Assembly: GCF_964355755.1 (NCBI RefSeq)
Contig: NC_092677.1
Location: 7,152,101-7,216,100, forward strand
Origin: Antedon mediterranea
Taxonomy: Eukaryota; Animalia; Echinodermata
DNA: 64,000 bases
Direction: 5' to 3'
The notes below the pieces were generated by a model. That model was not told the DNA's origin. It worked only from the letters and a program-made list of their open reading frames with translations, and searched no databases. Every line of letters begins with the position of its first letter. Within the stretch, counting starts at the first letter, position 1. Shown piece after piece: positions 60,901 to 64,000 of this stretch. The translations under genes and the position numbers were made by a program.

Positions 60901-63520
60901 AATTAGTGGTATCCCCAACTCCACCGACGTGCTGTAGCACTGCCATGCTAAGGCGTATGGCAGGATTTACAGTCAGATTTGCTCAACAGAATTTACGACG
61001 ATGTCCGTCTTGTATGGAGAACATTATGAATCATTTCTGTCAGATAACTTGCAGTCCTAACCAAAGTCAGTTTGTGAATGTAACACTATCAGATGCAACG
61101 GGTAGTGATGTCCTTGTGAATGGCACAGAAGTGTTCCTTACAAATGAATACGCCGAAGGAATACATACATCATGTAAGGATGTCTTATATCCTGGCGTTA
61201 ATGACATAAAAGTGATCGATTTGATGTGTCCAGGTTATTCTGATGAAACCTGTAACCCACAAATTTGGTTTAATGCTTTATACTTGACATCTATAACACC
61301 GTACACGGTTGCTTATAATTTTGTGGATTCAAGTCAAACGTTTACGAATGGAATTCAACCTCTATCAGACACCCCGTTCCGTTGTCAAGATTCTACTTTT
61401 GGTGATCCTGCATGTAGCTGTGAAGATTGCCCGGCTGTTTGTGTGGAGGAATACGTACCAGAGCCGACTAATGAACCATTTGAGATAGGAGAAGTTGATG
61501 GCTGGATTCTGATTCTGTCAGTGATTTTTTTTGTATTCCTCAGCGTGCTACTCGTGCTTATTCTTTGTATAGCTTTCTGCAAAAGACGACGATCGGACTC
61601 AAATGAAGTTAGAGATGCCAATTGCTGCGATTCCTGCAGTAAATTGTTTAATGACACGTTGAGCGGAGTTTTTGAAAAATGGGGGAGGCTGGTGGCGAAA
61701 CATCCTTTCATCGTTCTCCTGATATCGTTAGTTGTTGTGATAGCGTGTTCATGTGGCATATATTATACAGAAATTGTGACAGACCCAATTGAACTTTGGT
61801 CCAGTTCTAGTGCTCAGACAAGAAAAGATCAGATAGAGTTTCAAGAGACATTTGGTTCTGAATCAAGGACGGAACAATTGTTCATTACACCTCGTGTTAA
61901 CGGAAAAGAAATATATGATTCCTTCCGAAATGGTCCACTTGAATTTAATGCACTTTTTGATTTGAGCATTTTTGAAGAGGTAAGCTTGTTATGATTATTA
62001 CTCATATAGTCAATGGCACAGGAGAGGAGAAGTATACATGTCTACCTAAATCATAACATCTTTACTGAAGTGAGGTTCCACCAACAGTGCATCTGATAGC
62101 ACGTCGACTAGAATAGAGTGATGATGAGTGCCGTGTTGCAGTACTAAAGAGGATAAGGCAGCGTGGAAAGGAACTGATCACCATGCCACATAGTAGACCT
62201 ACAAAGGCTTAGTACAATGAGCTCCTACGTTCAGAAAGAATACGATAACTACCATCACCTTTGTTTATATTAACTTAATCAACAAAATCAATTTTATCCG
62301 TTTCAGATTCTAAACCTACAAAACGAAATCTCTCAGTTACCAGTTTCTTATACCTATCCTAATGGTACTAAAATAGAAATCACACTAAAAGACGTGTGTG
62401 TCCAACCAGGAGCCCCATATTCTCAAGAATGTTTCATTAACAGTGTTCTTCAACACTGGCAGAATAGTTTTGAAAAAATGAATACGACAGTGATACTTGG
62501 TGGAAGAAAGGCAGATTATCATGACCATTTTTTGTTCTGTACCACGTAGGTTATTGACGTTTTCGAATTCTGTTCTCCCGCTTCTCAGTATTTGTCCAAC
62601 ATATTCTCCCGCTTCTCAGTATTTTACCTAAAAACTATATACATTACTTGGACAGATTCCGTAATAAAGTTTCCTAAATGTAATATAATGTTTTTATACC
62701 TTATAAAGCTACTTTTTCCAAAGTCCCTTTATGGATGCCATTATTATACATGTCCCTAAAACCTTTCTGTTTCATGCACTAATGCGATAATAAACCGCCT
62801 ACCTGTCAATGGTTTACTGTTTAGGTGTAGGTTAATAGGTTATTATGCTGTTGTTATAATCAGCAGACTCGAATCGGCTGAATGTATCTGATGCTATCAT
62901 CCTGTACGGAGATACCTAGCATTCTTAGAAAGCAACAATAGAGTTTATCTAAAGGACACCTACAACTGACCAAAATATAAAATAAAGAATACATTGTCTG
63001 TTGTAAAGTTGCGTTCGCACTAAGCCTAGAATAACTATAGCTGCGTTTTTCGGTCACACACGTGACGTACTACATTCAGAGAATTTCGAATGAGTTAGTG
63101 TGAACGGTTTTTATTAAACACATTTGCCACGATTTGTTTTATCTGGCCACCAGACTGGGATCTATGAAGGTATCTTTAGCGATTTCATTGTAAATAATTA
63201 CAGTACACCACAAAATAAAAGGTCATCGATTGTTGTTGTTTAGATCCAACCAACCATACTGCACTACAAAGATGTTTTCTGCCATAACGGTTGACTAGAA
63301 ATGTAAACTTTCAAGATACGCTGGTATCTACTATATTTTTGAATATATAAAATTGTCTTATTTGTAATAGTTAAATTTTTGTAAATTTGTATGATTTTTT
63401 TGACATTATTTGGATTTTTTTTCAGATCACCTTTATCACCAGAGTCGTTTATGGGACTGCCCTGTGGCAGCAACCTGGGAATTCCTGCTTTCCCATACAC
63501 TACTCTTGGAGGCTACAAAA
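57938..63520 (+). CDS. NPC1: NPC1/NPC1L1-family sterol transporter, 5' part; exons 57938-57994, 60759-61979, 62307-62545, 63426-63520; continues beyond the window
   Basis: Signal-peptide exon MGGFLKLPVILVLVYGCIQ. Cys-rich NTD (CIWNDEC, TCCS, RRCPSCMENIMNHFCQITCSPNQSQFVNVT, CSCEDCPAVC), two TM helices, and a middle luminal domain (TDPIELWS, RTEQLFIT, TLKDVC, DYHDHFLFC, LGGY). Splice phases are consistent. The family is secure; the NPC1 vs NPC1L1 orthology is not. Confidence 0.92.
59632..59703 (-). mobile_element. Degenerate tRNA-like SINE head (second family)
   Basis: Minus strand GGTGGTCTAGAGGT (A box) ... GTGTTCTGATTCCCACC (degenerate B box). It does not fold as an intact tRNA. Confidence 0.4.
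60273..60494. mobile_element. Palindromic MITE, ~220 bp, in the NPC1-like intron
   Basis: TCAAGACAATCTAACAACA ... TGTTGTTAGATTGCCTTGA, plus the inner inverted pair TGGCTGCGACA / TGTCGCAGCCA. Confidence 0.6.
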
Positions 63521-64000
63521 GTAAGTTCCAGACGTTATTTGACATGAGTAACGATTTCTTATATTAATATACACACTTAAAGAGATCTCCAATTTAAAAA
63601 AAACAGTTATACATCTAAGCTAATAATGGTATTGTATTATAGAGGAGCACCCATATAAGTTTCATTAAATTGAGTTGCTTAAAGTTAAATTTATAAAGAA
63701 AATATACGTTCTCTCATAACTACAATAAATATACTGATTAGAAATCCTAGTAAAGGATACAATTAAATGATAAATATTTAACATAAACCATGATAATCCT
63801 ACGGAAGCTTAAAGTGATCTTTTTATTTCTTTATACTATTATTCCGGAAACGTAAATATCTTAAACGGAAATGACCTTAGAAACATGAAAAATGGACATG
63901 TATTATTATATAAATGAATTTACGAGTGCAAAGTGTCAATAATTTATTCAGGAGAAAGATGAAAATATAAATGAAATATTTGTAGCATTGTAGGAATATA

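Noticed and set aside
63245-63300. Possible extra NPC1-like exon after TTTAG
   Set aside because: There is an in-frame stop in the required phase, and exon 62307-62545 joins 63426 cleanly.

Overview
AT-rich animal genomic DNA with GT-AG introns. A Deu-domain SINE family and frequent TAGGCCTA suggest a marine invertebrate deuterostome, possibly an echinoderm (inference). Five host genes were assembled by hand from splice signals: the 5' part of a CLC chloride channel/exchanger (-), an intronless FLVCR/SLC49-type MFS transporter (+), a two-exon snail gene (-) with a ~13 kb gene-free upstream region, a complete 20-coding-exon ABCH-type half-transporter (-, 704 aa), and the 5' part of an NPC1/NPC1L1-family sterol transporter (+). 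The most striking non-host structure is a 7.0 kb Academ (AcademX-type) DNA transposon derivative at 7401-14417. It has TAG...CTA termini, ~570 bp TIRs and a 3-bp TGG target duplication supported by empty-site paralogues in the window. No DDE transposase is recognisable in it; it instead carries its XPG/PIN-Cys8 coding region twice as an inverted repeat, a hairpin architecture reminiscent of maize Mu killer. Other notable signals are an 8x38-bp array that multiplies a real ABCH splice donor, dense AGGCCTA(G) islands just downstream of two predicted TSSs, a cluster of Snail-type CAGGTG boxes around snail itself, and many MITEs, SINEs and minisatellites. No CRISPR array, rRNA or intact tRNA was found. 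All alignments and counts were done by eye.
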